In this document: one piece after another, positions 52,670-64,000 of the stretch
Position numbering within the stretch: position 1 is the stretch's first letter
Layout of the letters: every line of letters begins with the position of its first letter
From: Camelus ferus
Lineage: Eukaryota
DNA length: 64,000 bases
Direction: 5' to 3'
NCBI RefSeq assembly: GCF_009834535.1
Contig: NC_045696.1
Location: forward strand, 76,510,001 to 76,574,000
The notes under the pieces: model-generated
The model's input: only the letters and a program-made list of their open reading frames with translations
What the model was told of the DNA's origin: nothing
Databases searched by the model: none
Program-made: the position numbers and the translations under genes

Positions 52670-54800
52670 GGAGTTTTTGTGGTAAAATATACGGAATATA
52701 AAATTTACCATTTTAATCAATTTTAAGTGTACAATTCAGTGGCATTAAGTACATTTACAGTATTGTGAACCATCACCATTATCCATTTCGAGAACATTTT
52801 CATTGTCCCAAACAGAAACTATACGCATTAAACAATACCTCTTCTTTCCTCTCCTCTCCCAGGATCTGGTAACATTTATTCTACTTCCTGTCTGCAAGAA
52901 TTTATTTATCCTAGGTGCCTGATATAAATGAAATCATAGAATATGTGTCGTTTTGTGTGTGATTTATTTCGCTTGTAAAATGTCCTCAAGGTTCATCTTA
53001 AGTATTGTAGCATATACCAGAATTTCATTTTTTAAAAAAATTTCCCCCTAGTTTTATTGAGATATAATTCACATAGAACACTATATAAATTTTAGGTGTA
53101 TAACATAATGATTTGGTATATGTATATAATATGAAGTGATTACTACAATAATTATTGTTTAGTTAACATTTATCCTCTCAAATAGTTTTGTTTTCCTTGT
53201 GATGAGAACTTTTTAAGATTTACCCTCTTAGCTTTCATATATACAGTATAGTATTGTTAACTATAGTCATCATGTTTGTGTTACATCCTCAGGACTTACT
53301 TATTTTATAACTGAAAGTTTGTACCTTTGACTATTGGTGAAAAAACATTTCATTTATTTTTATAGCCAAATAGTATTCTGTTGTGCATACCACATGAACA
53401 ATATTCTGTTGTGGGTATATCCACATTTTTCTTATCTGTTCATTTTTTGATAAACACTTGTGTTATTTTTTCCTTTTGATTATCGTGAAGAAAGCTTCTA
53501 TGAACATTGGTATACAAATATCTGTTTGAGTTGCTGCTTTCTGTTCCTTTGAGTAGTTACCCAGAATTGCTGGATCAGGTGGTAATTCTATGTTTAATAT
53601 TTTGAAAAACAACCATATTGTTTCCACAGTGGTTAAACCATTTTACAACGGTTCCAACTTATCCATATCCTTTCCAACACTTGTTATTTATTTATTTATT
53701 TATTTTTCAATTGTGGTAAGACAACATAAAATTTACCATCTTAACCATTTTTAAATATACCTTTTGGTTGTGTTAAGTACATTCACATGGTTGTGCAGCC
53801 AGTCTCCAGAACTTTTTTCATCATGGAAAACTAAAACTCTGTACCCTTTAAACAACTCACTAAATTCCCTTCTGTCCAGTCCCTGGCATCTAGATACCTC
53901 ATAAGTGGCATCATATGGTATTTGTATTTTTGAGACTGGCTTCTTTCATTTAGCATAATGTTCCTCAAGGTTAATATATATATAAAATAGTATTTATCAG
54001 AATTTCCTTCCTTTTTAAGGTTGAATAATGTTCCGTTGGATGTATAGACCCCAGTTTGTTTATTCATTAATCTGTCCATGGACACTTGGGTTTCTTCTAC
54101 CTTTTGGCTATTGTGAATTATGCTGTTATGAACATGGGTGTGCAGATACCTCTTTGAGACCCTTGCAGTTTCTTTGAGTATATATCCAGGAGTGTAATTG
54201 TAGGCTCATGTAGTGATTCAGTTTAATTTTTTGAGGAACTGCCATACTGTTTCCATAGGAACTGCACCATTTTGCATATTCACAACAGTGTACAAAGGTT
54301 CCAGTTTCTCCACATCCTTGCCAACACTTACTTTCTGTTGGTGTGAGTTTTTCTTTTTATAATAACTACACTAATGGATGTGTGATGATATTATTTTAAT
54401 TTGCAGTTCCCTAATTAGTGATTTTGAACATCGATTAATATGCTTGTCGGTCATTTGTCTGTCTTATTTGGAATAGAGTCTATTCAGATCCATTTTTAAA
54501 TCAGATTATTTGTGGGGTTTTTGTTGTTGAATTGTTGGAGTTCTTTATATATTATGTGTATTAATCTCTTACCAGATATATGACTTGCAAATATTTTCTG
54601 CCATTCCCTAAGTTGCCTTTTTTAAACTTGATTGTGTATGTTGATGCACAGATTTATTTTCTGTTTATTTGATAATAGCCATCCTAATGTGTGTGAGGTG
54701 GTATCTCACTTTGGTTTTGACTTCAGTTGCCTGATACCTAATGATGCTGAGTATCTTTTCATGTTCTTTTTGACCATTTGTATATCTTCTTTGGGAAAGC
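52670..54800 (-). mobile_element. Cluster of nested L1MA/L1MB 3' fragments
   Basis: Repeated L1 3' termini 'aaaatttaccat...ttttaagtgtacaattcagtggcattaagtacatt' (~52700, ~53730) and 'ttttattgagatataatt' (~53052). Confidence 0.85.
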
Positions 54801-56741
54801 TTAAGATTTGTTGTGACTTTCATTTACTTTTCTGTTCTTATTTGTCTTATGCATTAGTTTTAAATTTTTATTTTTTAGCATTGTTCTATTCACTCTTATA
54901 TGTTCCTCTAAATTATTTTTGATACAGTGTTTGATAAAATTCTAGGTAAGGTGGTTGCTTGGTTGGTGAGGAATTTCTTTACATTGTATTAAACCTTGAC
55001 CTTGCTGTTAATTCAGTTTTGAGGCACTGGGCAGGTTAGTTTTTGCCGTCTGGGTTCATAAAAGGCAATCATGTTACATGTGTTGGTTGCAAAACACTCT
55101 TCAAGCAGTGTGGTTCTGCATGGTAGCATCAGCTGAATAGGAATGTAAGAGCAGGAATTGTGAAGAGCAGGAGCGAAACACATTTAGGAAAGCTGTGAGG
55201 AAAAGAGAAATAAAGCAGAGAGAGATGGAAGCAGTAATAGTGCATTTAGGGCTAGTCAAGATCAAGTAAATGGGATAGCAAACTCTGTGGAGTCTGAATG
55301 AGGGCTTGGAGATGTCTACACAGGAAAAAAAAACTGAAATATATAGAACTTGGGGCCAACATTGCCTGAGTAGGTGAGGGAGATAAATATGAATATAGCA
55401 GCTTTCTGCAAGAGCTTAGAGTGGGTCTCAAATTAGTCAGTCCTTTGGCTCTGGAGAATCCAAAGAGAGCAAGGACAGCCGTCTGGGAGTAAAAAGCAAG
55501 ATGCATAATCTAGAGTGAGTGTAGCAACTTTAAAGTCTTGTAAGCTGAAAAGGAAGAGTGACAGCTGGGAGTATCTTTGGAAGAAGTTTTGCAGCACAGC
55601 CAGGCCAATTTAGTAAAATAACAAAACTTGTAAATTTCTACAGTTGTATTTAATTTATTCCTGAAATACCCTCACACTGTTACACATTTGAACCAACTGG
55701 GAACAAATTATACTTAGCAGTATTTAGGACAAAAGAGTACTATATCTAGTGGGAAAACTCCCTTTACTCTTGGATAGTGAAAACTTACTCTGAGGTATCT
55801 CCATAGTTGAGGCAGGGGGTGTACCACAGGTGTTCTGGAGTGCAGCTGGTTTCTCACTAAGCCTACTTACAACTTTATTATATAAACAAAATCACTGAGA
55901 TAATCAAATGCAAGTGTTTGTTTTAATATTGCTCCTGATACATACTGATACAGTTAAGCCATATTGAGACATACAGACTTTAAAAAATATTTGATATGTA
56001 GAGATGGGGAAATTGGAGTGTGGTGCCTTTAAGCATGTATCTGGCTCTCTTCCCACCTTTGAATTTATATACGACGGTGACACTGGGCAAGTTACTCACG
56101 TTTCTTCACCAGAGTTGTGTTATCTGTGAAATAAAGAAGGTGAACAGCATTTTTAATCAGCATCATTTCTGATTCTGTGACCCTATTTTTCTTTTTGGTT
56201 TATTATTATTATTAATATTAATTATTATTATTATTACCTTTTCTGAGCTATCTTAGAAACAAGTACATTATATATAGCCTTATTTCAGGAGAATGAATTG
56301 TAAGTTCTGAACAACCAACTTATGTTCCAAACGTTTCATCAGTGGTAGATTTGTATTATATATGGTAAGGTCAGATCCCATAAATTCTCATAGGTTGTTC
56401 CAATTTGTGTCTTAATTTTTAAATGAAGGTAAAATATAAAACTTTGTGACTGTTCCTCCTTATTTGTGAATAATTGTATCTACTTCCTTCTCATCCTGCC
56501 TGAACTATGGCTGTGGCACAGAATCCTTAGGTAACTACTTTCTGTGACTTCTGTCTCTATGGCACTTGAATAAAGGCTTACACATGACTTACTTTTTTCC
56601 ATATAGTGAAGTCATTTCTATAAAGTTAAGTCAAGATAGAACTAGGAATACTACTAACAAACGGGAATTTTTTTTTTTCTGAAATACCGTTAAACTACAT
56701 GGCAGAAAAACAATGTATGAATCTAAGTACTTCAGTGGGAC

Positions 56742-56783
56742 GTTTTGTTTGTTTTGTTTTGTTTTGTTTTGTTTTGTTTTGTT
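56742..56783. repeat. (GTTTT)n pentanucleotide repeat
   Basis: Read directly, ~8 units. Confidence 0.95.
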
Positions 56784-57436
56784 AGGTAACCTCATTTTGT
56801 AGATGCTGAAAGAGGAAGACCGAATTAGGGACTGGTCGATTTTCAGCTTTACTGATCTGGTGACTTTGGGGCTCTGGATTTTGGCAAGCAGAGAAGGTGC
56901 CCTGTTATGAGCATTTCTTAGTGCTGCATGTTCCAGTCATCTACTTGTGAATTTCCTGTTTCAGCTCATTTTATTTAGTTTTAATGAATTGAGGACTCTT
57001 TATCCCCTGCAGAATGTCAACCTTTTTGACACTAAACTTACTTGCTCCTCTTTTGTAATCTTGAATCCTGTTCTACACCCCCCACCCCCACAAAAAAAAC
57101 CTTCACGGCAGTTTTTTAAAAATCTCCTTACTTTCAATTTCTAGAGACAAGGAATAGTTGGGTACATTTGGCTCTTGGTGACTTGGTTATTGTCCTGAAA
57201 ATAACACTTTTTGACACTAACTTTTAATTTGATGTGTTTGCCCTTGCTGTAGAAGCAGGTAAATGAGAGAAAAAAAATTGAACTTTCTGGTTGAACTTTA
57301 ACTATGGGGTAAATTTTGCAGTTTGATGTCTTATATTCTCAAATAGCTAATCAAGAGTGAAAAAAATACATATATACCTATTGTTGTATTAGTTTACATT
57401 GGCATTTCCTCAGTTATTTTAGAATAATTGTAGAGC

Positions 57437-58025
57437 AGAGGTTGGCATACTGTTTCTGTTAAGAGCCAGGTAGTAAATATTTTAGGCTGCTTCTCAAGTC
57501 TGCTTGTTGAATGGGAAAGCAGCCATAGACAGTATGTAAATGAATGGGCATGGCTGTGTTCCAGTAAAATTTTATTTATGATAGACACTGAAATTTGAAG
57601 TTCATGTAATTTTTACATTCTCCCCCTTTCCCCATTTAAAAATGTGAAAACTATTCTTAATACAAACTTGTGGTTGCCAAGGGGGCGGGGATGGGAAGGG
57701 ACAGTGGAATTTCAAAATGTAGAATAGATAAACAAGATTATACTCTACAGCACAGGAAAATATTTACAAGATCTTGTGGTAGCTCACAGCAAAAAAAAAA
57801 AGTGACAATGAATATATGTATGTTCACGTATAACTGAAAAATTGTTCTCTATACTGGAATTTGACACAACATTGTAAAATAACTATAACTCAATAAAAAA
57901 TGTTTAAAAATGTTAAAAAAAATGAAACAATATAAGAAAATAAAAATGTGAAAACTATTCTTAGGTTGTGGATTGTACAGAAGCAGGTCGGATTTGGCCC
58001 ATGAGCCATAGTTTGCCACCTCTTG
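57437..58025. mobile_element. MER58B-like hAT element split by L1
   Basis: TIRs 'cagaggttggca' / 'tttgccacctcttg'; 'gggcatggctgtgttccagtaaaattttattta'. Confidence 0.8.
57660..57940 (+). mobile_element. Young camelid-type L1 3' end (sense)
   Basis: 'tacagcacagg...acaagatcttgtggtagctcac...ctggaatttgacacaacattgtaaa' plus A-tail; perfect 23-bp flanking direct repeat. Confidence 0.92.
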
Positions 58026-59204
58026 CTTTAGAAGGATGATGATTAATTTGTTTCAGTCGCTGTCCTGAACTATTTTAAGTAATTAATTGTAGAATTAGCA
58101 TAATATAAAATTAGCAAAGTCTGAGCTTTCAAATCTAAGAAACCAGATGTCAGCAGATACCTAACCATCTAAACCATCTAAACCTTCAGTTTTCTTATGT
58201 GTGAAATAGGAATAATACAAGTATTGTAAATCATAGCTCTTTATTATAAACAACTCAGCCTGTCTGTTGTAGAGCAGGGAATTATTAAAGTACATTAGGT
58301 AGCTCACAGAGTCGTTGGGGAGTGATAGAGATACAGATCCGAGTCCAAGCCTCTGGGAACATTTCCCAAAACCGTACTACAGAACTGGTTTTGAGAAAGC
58401 TGCTGCTGCTGAGCACTGCATGTCGGGTACTCAGCCTGTTTGTAGACGCTACTACTGTTGGCTCTGGTGCTGTTTCAGTGACAGCTCTACATTGTAACCA
58501 CTAGAAAATGGCTAATATTGCTGCCACCACCTTCAAAAGCCAACTGTATCTGTTACCTTGGGCTTAGAAATGGAAATTCTGCTTGTTGCTTACTTCCAAA
58601 TTAAGAGTCTCTTGGAGGTTTATATAATAGATGTAGAATAATATTCTGTGTCTCTAGGTATAAAGGAGGCTGGGAATTTTAAGTTCTGATTTCTACATTA
58701 GCGATTATGGGAGCAAATTAAAAATCACATTAATACATTAGATGATGGATAATAAAATGTAGAAATATCCAGAAAGTCTGTTCAGATTTTTAGTAGTGGT
58801 GAATATGATGGATATCCACAACACTACTTAACTGTCCACGTAACGTGGACAAATATACCTCCTTTTGTATTTCGACTTCAAACAGCTCTAACAGGCTCTA
58901 ACCTAAGAGCTACAGTTTATGAAAGATTTGTGTCCTAAGTTGGTATGTGGGTTGGTTTTTTAGAACCTAAAACTTACTCTCCCTTCAGAATAAGACAGTT
59001 ACAAATAATGGACTTGTGTCTGGGGTAGTTAACATAAGGTTGTTTACAAAAGCCAAGTGTGTATTTCATGGAGATAAGTTCCTTCATGATGGAAAGATCT
59101 TAAGTGTTATCCGCTTGCTACCAGGTGGCAGTTTGTCCACTGAGAAATATGGTACTGTTTGGTGTGGAGGTGAGAGGGACTCAGAGCTGCTGCTTCTGGT
59201 AAGT

Positions 59205-59525
59205 AGTAGTATTCTAAATTATTTGCTTCCTTTCTTTACTGGACTTCTCTCTACAGTGTCCCTACCTATGGGAGGAGAGTACTTCCTTCTTCCTGTTGAC
59301 ACCAGGCCTGGCCATGCGATTTGACCATATTCAGTAGAAGATGAGAAGTGATATGTCATGTCTAAGCAGAAACTTTAAAAGCCATTGCATGAATTGATTT
59401 TTGCTCATTTTCCTCTGCCACAAGAACAGGTGCCAGATAAAGGCTTTTTATTTTGCCAGGATTCCAGAATGAAGAAGGTAACTGTAGCCAACCCAAAGTC
59501 AACAAAAATGAGAAATATATTTTTA
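59205..59525 (+). mobile_element. MLT1-type LTR remnant
   Basis: 'ggaggagagtacttcct...ggcctggccatgcgattt...gaagtgatatgtcatgtctaagcagaaactttaaaagcca'. Confidence 0.6.
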
Positions 59526-59541
59526 TTCCAGTATTTTATGC

Positions 59542-60842
59542 CAGTAGTTCTCAAAGCACTATCTGCTGAACCCAAGACCCTTTCAGGGTTAAAACTATTT
59601 TAATAATGATATGGAGTGCCCTTTTTACTGTGTTGACACTGCACTGTGGTTCACAAGTGGTGGTGGGAAATGAGTGCAGTTGCTTCACATTTTGCTATTT
59701 GTCATCATTTATTTATAGTAAACAAAAAAACAATTGTACTGGAGAATGTCCTTGATGAAGCAGTGAAACTTATTAATTAAACGTATCTGATCTTGAGTAT
59801 CCATCTCTTTACAAGTCTCTTTACATGAAGCACTTCTGCATGCTGAAGTATGAGTCACAGGGAAACACGTACTTGTGTGATTATTTGAGTTATCAGCTGA
59901 ACTAGCCTCTTCCTGTGGAATGTCATTTTCACTTGAAACAGTGATTCTTTAGGGTTATTCTGACATGGGCATTTGACAGACATTTCCTCAAATGAAGTGA
60001 GCCTTTACTTCAAGGAGAACAACTGACAGTATTTGTTGCCAATGATAAAGTCCGAGTTTCAAGGGTGAATTAAAATTTTAGAAAATTATCAGGCAGTGTG
60101 AGTTTGACAGATCCCAGTACTTAGGCTTTTTCGAATGAGCTTGGTAGTGACAGGAGTGAGTGTAATTTTTAAAAACGGTGTTGTATAATCAGATACCAAC
60201 CTTTGGGAGATATACCAAATCCAGTGGACCAATATTTATGATTGATGAATAATGTTACAAAAGTATATATGGGTAAAAGACCGACTCATATTGCCAGACT
60301 GATGGATTTTAATGTAACATTACAGAAGTTAATTGATAGAATTTAAGACTCTATACTTCAGTGAACCTTTAAGACACTATAATTTGTTGAGTTTTGATAC
60401 AGAATCAAAGAATAATATTCATAGCTATTCAAAAAAGCCATGAAGTATTCCTTCCTTATCCAACTACATACCTGTGTGAGTTTGGATTTTTTTCATTTAT
60501 TTCAACCAGAATAACATATTGCAGCTGATTGAATGCAGAAGCAGATGTGGTACTCTAGTGTCTTCTTTTAAGGCAAGCCTTAAAGACATTTTTAAAATAT
60601 ATTCTTCTTAAAATTTTATTGTTTTGTTTTTTTTTTTGAAAAATGTAGTTTATTTTTTAATAAAAATTTTATTTGTTAATGTGTAGTTGGTTTATTTTAA
60701 AGACAAATTAATACGCATTTTAAAGATTCTTCAATTTCTGATGTAGTAAATATTGCTATAACTCATGCAAACAGAAGTTCTTTGAGATCCTCAAATTTTA
60801 AGAGTATCAAGGAGTTATAAGCCCAAAATATTTAAGAGACTG
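59542..60842. mobile_element. Charlie1-like hAT DNA transposon deletion derivative
   Basis: Terminus 'cagtagttctcaaag...cccaagaccctttcaggg...aaaactatttt'; internal 'gtatttgttgccaatgataaa', 'gattgaatgcagaagcagat'. Confidence 0.8.
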
Positions 60843-61149
60843 TTGTAAACTATTAAGGTTTTCAGGACTATTTGTTAACCACATTGTAACCTAGAGAAGA
60901 AAGATGGTACATTGGCAGGGTAGCTGAGTCAACCTTGTTGCAAAGTGCAAGTTGGTACAATTTCTTGACTGTCTGTTTTTTGACTGGCTGTTTCTTGTGA
61001 GGTCATTGATTAGGCATTGAAGTAGCTGATGAAAGATATTGCCTGACTTCCAGGGAATGGATTATCCTGCCTCATGATTATGGAAGTCTCCGCTACAGCT
61101 GGGACTTTTTGGTGACCCTTCACATTCACACTTTGTCAGTTCTGACAGC

Positions 61150-63000
61150 ACCATTTACATATCTCTTCCTTAAATTGTTCTCCGTACTGTTTCTTTTGAG
61201 GACCAGACCTGGCAGTCTAGCCTCATGATTGGTCCCCTTAAAAGAACTGATACAAACCTCACTCTGTTTCCCTTTATTAATGACATGGTTCGAGAGATGT
61301 ATTGCCCAGCGGGAGGATTTCTCTTTCTGACTTTCCTTAAGAGCTGCTCCAGGTGGGGCAGTCAGCTAGCTAGTCATGTAGAGTCCCCTGTGTAGTGAGA
61401 GGCCTTGTGTGAGGAAGAAGCTGAGGTGCATCAGGGGTGGGCGCACTGAAAACGTGAACCATGCTCATGGTTCACAGCCCGCCTGAATCCTGCTCTGAGT
61501 GTATTGTAACCACTTCCTGATGGAGTGTTTCTGTCACATCACCTTTGACTTGGTGGATCGGAAGAGGATCATTCCTGATGGGCAGCTCAGGTTTTATAAT
61601 TACCTGTGGCTAGATGTTCATTCTCTAACAGCACAAAAAAGGTACAAGAATTATTTTTAAAAAAGAGTCTTAGTTTGATAAAGAGGGTATGGTTTTGCCT
61701 TAAAAACTTAGATGTCTGGGCTGTGATTCACCTGGAGGGGTTTGCCAGTAGTTCCTTATGGTATTGATCTGTTGACCTTTTGAGCACCATTGCAACAGAG
61801 GGTCATTATGGTCCAGTGGCAGAGCTACTTGTACTGCAGTCTGGATTGGCTAGAGAAGTTTCTCTTGTTCTGGGCTAAACTTAAAACTACTGGATTTCAG
61901 ACCATTCAGTAAATAGAGCAGCACACAAATTGGTATACACTGTTTTCAATATTCACAGAGGTCCAGCAAGCTTTATGCTTCTTTCTTTGCTGTAGGAGGT
62001 ACAAGGTAATGACTTGCTTTTCACTTTGAAGGTGCTATCCTGAGTTGCCACGCTCCACTGGCTCCTGGAACTTCACAGTGGTGGCAGGACCCTGTATTTC
62101 TTGGGACTTACTTTCTGTCTTCTGGCATCTCTCTCTTTTTAAGGCCTCTAGAGTACTGCTCTTGTTTCCTCACAGGGTCCTGTTGGCTTGAGTTTATCAG
62201 TGTAATCAGCCAGCATGATGTTCAGTGGTGTGATCAGATAACTAAGGTCATAAGGAATATGAGGCAGTTTAGCGATATATACGGCTGTCCAGGCCAAATG
62301 AAAGCAGCTTGTGCAGAGGGAGGAACCGTTTGCCAGAACTCTAGCTGTTACTCCAGGTACTGCACTAAAGAGATCAAATTTGGATTACCAACTGTGCTTG
62401 TAGTAGTACATTTAAAGTACTGTTCTTCTCTAAGTACATTTGTATGTTCTGCATCAGCCAAACAGTTGTATTAAATGAGTATCTGCTAGGAATTCCAGCC
62501 CTTGCTGCTTTTGATTCTTGGGTAATTTCCCCCGGGAATGTAATTTTTGGTTAGAGGGAGAGCTCCTTCCCTGATCCAGTACCACCCACTGCTCCACCTG
62601 TCCTACCATCCATGTGGGGTGTTGTCAGCTGGTAGTCCGCCGAGACTGCCCTTTTCAGCTGTGCATTCACCTGGAGAAACAGCCGTAAAATGGGAGGGTT
62701 GATCCACTCTCTGATAAATGAACTTGGGCTGAAACTTCATATATTATTTGACTACTGTAATCCCTCATTCTGGCACATATATCACAGTGGTGCTGTCTGG
62801 ATTCTCAGGGATTAGTTCAAGAGTTAGATTTTGGATTCCTGAAAAGGTTGGGACATTTCTCTTTCCCAAGTGCGTGGTTCCTCTGATAAGTGGCTGTTGA
62901 TCTTTTGTGGAAAGCCGAGAGGGAGATCATGGGACCGTTTTGGAGGGCGCTTTGCCTTACCTTCGTTCTAGAGGCTGGAGGTCCAGGATCGTCCAGAGGC
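61150..63000 (-). mobile_element. Decayed class III (ERVL) endogenous retrovirus internal region, pol RT/RNase H remnant
   Basis: Hand translation of the - strand gives, in order, YIPGG, IPSRYSFNTTVWLMQ, AFIWPGQPY, DLSYLITPLNIMLADYTD, EIQGPATTVKF, PPTAKKEA, LKESQKEKSSRWA, collinear with ERVL Pol motifs; many stops, frameshifts and deletions. Confidence 0.85.
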
Positions 63001-63057
63001 TGTGATTTTCTGTTTTGATGGCCTCTCTTTATGCTCTGCTTCAAGTTCTTTATGTAG

Positions 63058-63258
63058 ACCAGGCATCAGCAGACGTCTTCTGTAGGGGCCACATGTGACA
63101 TATTTTATGCTTTGTGTGCTACACAGCCCCTGAAAAACTACCCAGCATAGCTCCTGCAGTGCTAAAGCATCCATAGACCCAAATAAATGGGTATGTCTGT
63201 GTTTACAAAAGCATCGCAGGTCAAATTTGGACTACAGGTTGTAGTTTCTGTACCTCTG
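63058..63258. mobile_element. MER58A-like MITE
   Basis: 'caggcatcagcagac...tgtaggggccacatg...atattttatgcttt...tttggactacaggttgtagttt'. Confidence 0.7.
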
Positions 63259-63454
63259 GTACAAACCATATAGGATTATAGTGGGACTTCTTTCTAATAG
63301 GATTTTAGGGACTTTGCAAGATTCTCGCAGAGGAATCAGTTTGATGACCACTGTGTTCCTGTTTATTTAACGTTGCTTCTTGGTTCCACTTGATGTTATA
63401 GTATAACAGTCATCGAAATTAGACTGTGCATTTTGATCTTGAAAGATCTAGAGC

Positions 63455-63775
63455 CGAGGTTGGCAAACTACGGCCTGCGGGCCAGATGTGGCCTGCACTT
63501 GTTTTTGTGTGACCCACAGCTAAAATGTTTTTCACATTTTAAAGTAATTGGAAAAAATATCAAAATAATGACAAAATCTCATGACAAGTGAAATTACATG
63601 AAATTCAAATTTTCATATATAGGAATTTATTGGAACACAGCCACATAAATTTATGTGTAGTTTCTGACTACTCTCACTTCACCGCAGCAGAGCTGGGTAG
63701 TTACGACAGATCTTCTGTGGCCTTAAAAAAAATTACTATTTGGCCCTTTATTGAAAAAAGTTTGCTGATCGCTGG
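63455..63775. mobile_element. MER58B-like MITE
   Basis: 'gaggttggcaaactacggcctgcgggccagat...tactatttggcccttta...aaagtttgctgatcgctg'. Confidence 0.85.
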
Positions 63776-64000
63776 TCCAGAGATTGGAGAAGAATTCTTT
63801 TATGTCATACTTAGTACTGCCTTGTTCTTTGTCGGTGCTTTGAAGATGTCACTTTCTCATTTGAACTCTCTAACACTGTTAGAAGCAGTAGCCTGCTGCA
63901 CTGTCCTATAAGTCCGCCTTTGCTCCTCATAGCTTTCTACTGCTGCTTCTGCTTGGTCCCCAAAGCCTTGTTCATTAGAGATGATCAAGGTGGACAGCTC

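Larger units (their letters stand above)
24899..64000 (+). other. TBL1XR1: Intron 1 of TBL1XR1 (continues beyond the window)
   Basis: Begins GTAAGC; no coding exon recognised downstream; T-rich + strand and mostly antisense L1/ERV inserts fit a + strand gene. Confidence 0.75.

Noticed and set aside
61455..61470. Apparent RNase H 'WFT' motif on the - strand
   Set aside because: Out of order relative to flanking Pol motifs; it arises from the palindrome arm
1..64000. CRISPR array, operon, defence system or intact retroelement/transposase
   Set aside because: Sequence is mammalian non-coding DNA; no repeat-spacer array and no long intact ORF in any element

Overview
Mammalian genomic DNA, most likely camelid (a tRNA-derived SINE and young L1 3' ends match camelid families as I recall them). 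No protein-coding exon can be supported; the supplied ORFs are best explained as GC-content or repeat artefacts. The centre is a CpG-island promoter (~23.9-25.6 kb) with a non-coding first exon ending at a donor at 24898, which I recognise from memory as the TBL1XR1 5'UTR (+ strand). The rest is ~24 kb of upstream DNA and ~39 kb of intron 1, rich in L1, L2, MIR, MaLR/ERVL LTRs, hAT DNA transposons, a decayed ERVL pol and microsatellites. I found no convincing new biological system. The best leads are candidate alternative 5' exons (one carrying uORFs), a (GCC)15 promoter repeat, compact CpG-retaining motif clusters and a few perfect palindromes. Repeat subfamily names and most repeat boundaries are by eye and approximate.
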